64,000 nucleotides of DNA from Geosiphon pyriformis uo1. Lineage: Eukaryota; Fungi; Glomeromycota. Positions within the stretch are counted from its first letter, which is position 1, and every line of letters begins with the position of its first letter. The notes under the pieces were generated by a model. The model was not told the DNA's origin and did not search any database. It was given only the letters and a program-made list of their open reading frames with translations. Shown in pieces: positions 62,884 through 64,000 of the stretch. Location: positions 810,373 through 874,372 of the forward strand of contig JAAOMT010000003.1 in assembly GCA_016748015.1 (NCBI GenBank), given 5' to 3'. A program made the position numbers and the translations under genes.

Positions 62884-64000
62884 TAAAAAGTTTAAAGATC
62901 AAACAAATTCGACTTTGAGTCTTTGTCCTCTAAAATACCTAAGAATGGAACAAATTTGAATTTACCATTTAGAGTTTAAGTTCACAATTCACATGGTTTA
63001 TTCTGTTAAAATTGAACTTTTTAAAGGATTTTTACAGTCTTTAATTATTAGGAAAACATAGATCAGCAGATTTCTGTTTGCCAAGTACCCAATATCATAA
63101 TTGTTTGAAATAAAATTTTTTTATTATCCCATTATCTGCCAAAAGGTTATTTTTTGAACCTTTTATACTATAAATTTGTATCAATGTCTCAAAAGCAAGC
63201 AAGTTTAGTTTAAGATATAAGAAGACTATTCAATATATCAAATTCAGTCAGCCTGTTTCAATCCTATTACTTTTTCTGACTTTGAATGTTCTAAAAGATT
63301 CATTTGATCATTTAGTAGAACCCAACAATATTTTAAATATATGATAGTATAGCCTTAAATTTCGTTCAAAAGGCACAAAAATAGACTCGAACCCAAATAA
63401 AATATTAATGGATACTTATTTTGTGAGTTTCGAATAAAGAAAATGTTGACGTCAAACTAAATCTCATTGCCTACCAATTCAAGCTTGTGTAGATTTCGTA
63501 AAGAAAAGATAGATATGGTATTTAAGCTTTATGAGAAAGATATATAAGGGTTCATGCTCCTAGAACAACATCATTAGAACTTTTCAATTCTGCCTTGTTC
63601 CTGAGTCACTACCATTCCTCTGTTGTGATATATGTCTTTTTTCGAGGAGAATATTTCTATAAAGTTTTTCATTTAAGAAAATAATTTTTCCTATAAATTT
63701 GTTGAAATTTCTTTTAATCATAGATTTAAAATTTATATTTACCTCTCGGAAAAATCATTATTCGGTAACGGTTTTGAAATATCGATTAAAAGACTTAGAA
63801 AAATCAATTCGATGATTAAAGCGTAAAAAAAATGTCTCGTGAACATTTTGAAAATATTTTTTGCTCTTGTTAACTTTTTTTTTAACAAACCTTTGAAAAA
63901 TATTGGGGCTCATTCAGGTAATTTATAGTCTTTACTTCCAAACCCTGGGCTAGATTGTGGATGATTTATCGAATATGAGTAATCAGTTCATATAAAGCAT

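Noticed and set aside
63380-63400. B-box-like GGTTCGAGTC (minus strand); also GGTTCG at ~27800
   Set aside because: No cloverleaf or A box; not tRNA genes.

Overview
Very AT-rich eukaryotic (fungal) genomic DNA with GT-AG introns. Gene and transposon content point to Glomeromycotina, most like Geosiphon/Archaeosporales (inference from dUTPase-bearing Ty3/Gypsy elements, small Sel1-repeat genes and class-3 lipases). 1-14.9 kb is a nested stack of dead, heavily C>T/G>A-mutated retroelements: three Ty3/Gypsy LTR elements and a LINE 3' end. The Gypsy elements have an unusual layout (gag-protease-Cys-rich domain-dUTPase-RT-RNaseH-integrase) plus an extra conserved ORF in the env position. 15.5-21.6 kb is an 8-exon kinesin-4-family gene (minus strand, 1626 aa) and 34.7-35.8 kb is mitochondrial ribosomal protein uL22m. 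36-47 kb is a microsatellite-rich gene desert with clustered CACGCG motifs. 47.8-63 kb is an accessory region: a solo LTR, a LINE relic, three small Sel1-repeat genes (one frameshifted; two form a recent tandem duplication with hypervariable patches, separated by a MULE transposon), an unannotated two-exon small secreted Cys-peptide gene, and class-3 lipase pseudogene(s) lacking the catalytic Ser. All translations, alignments and counts were done by eye and need computational confirmation.
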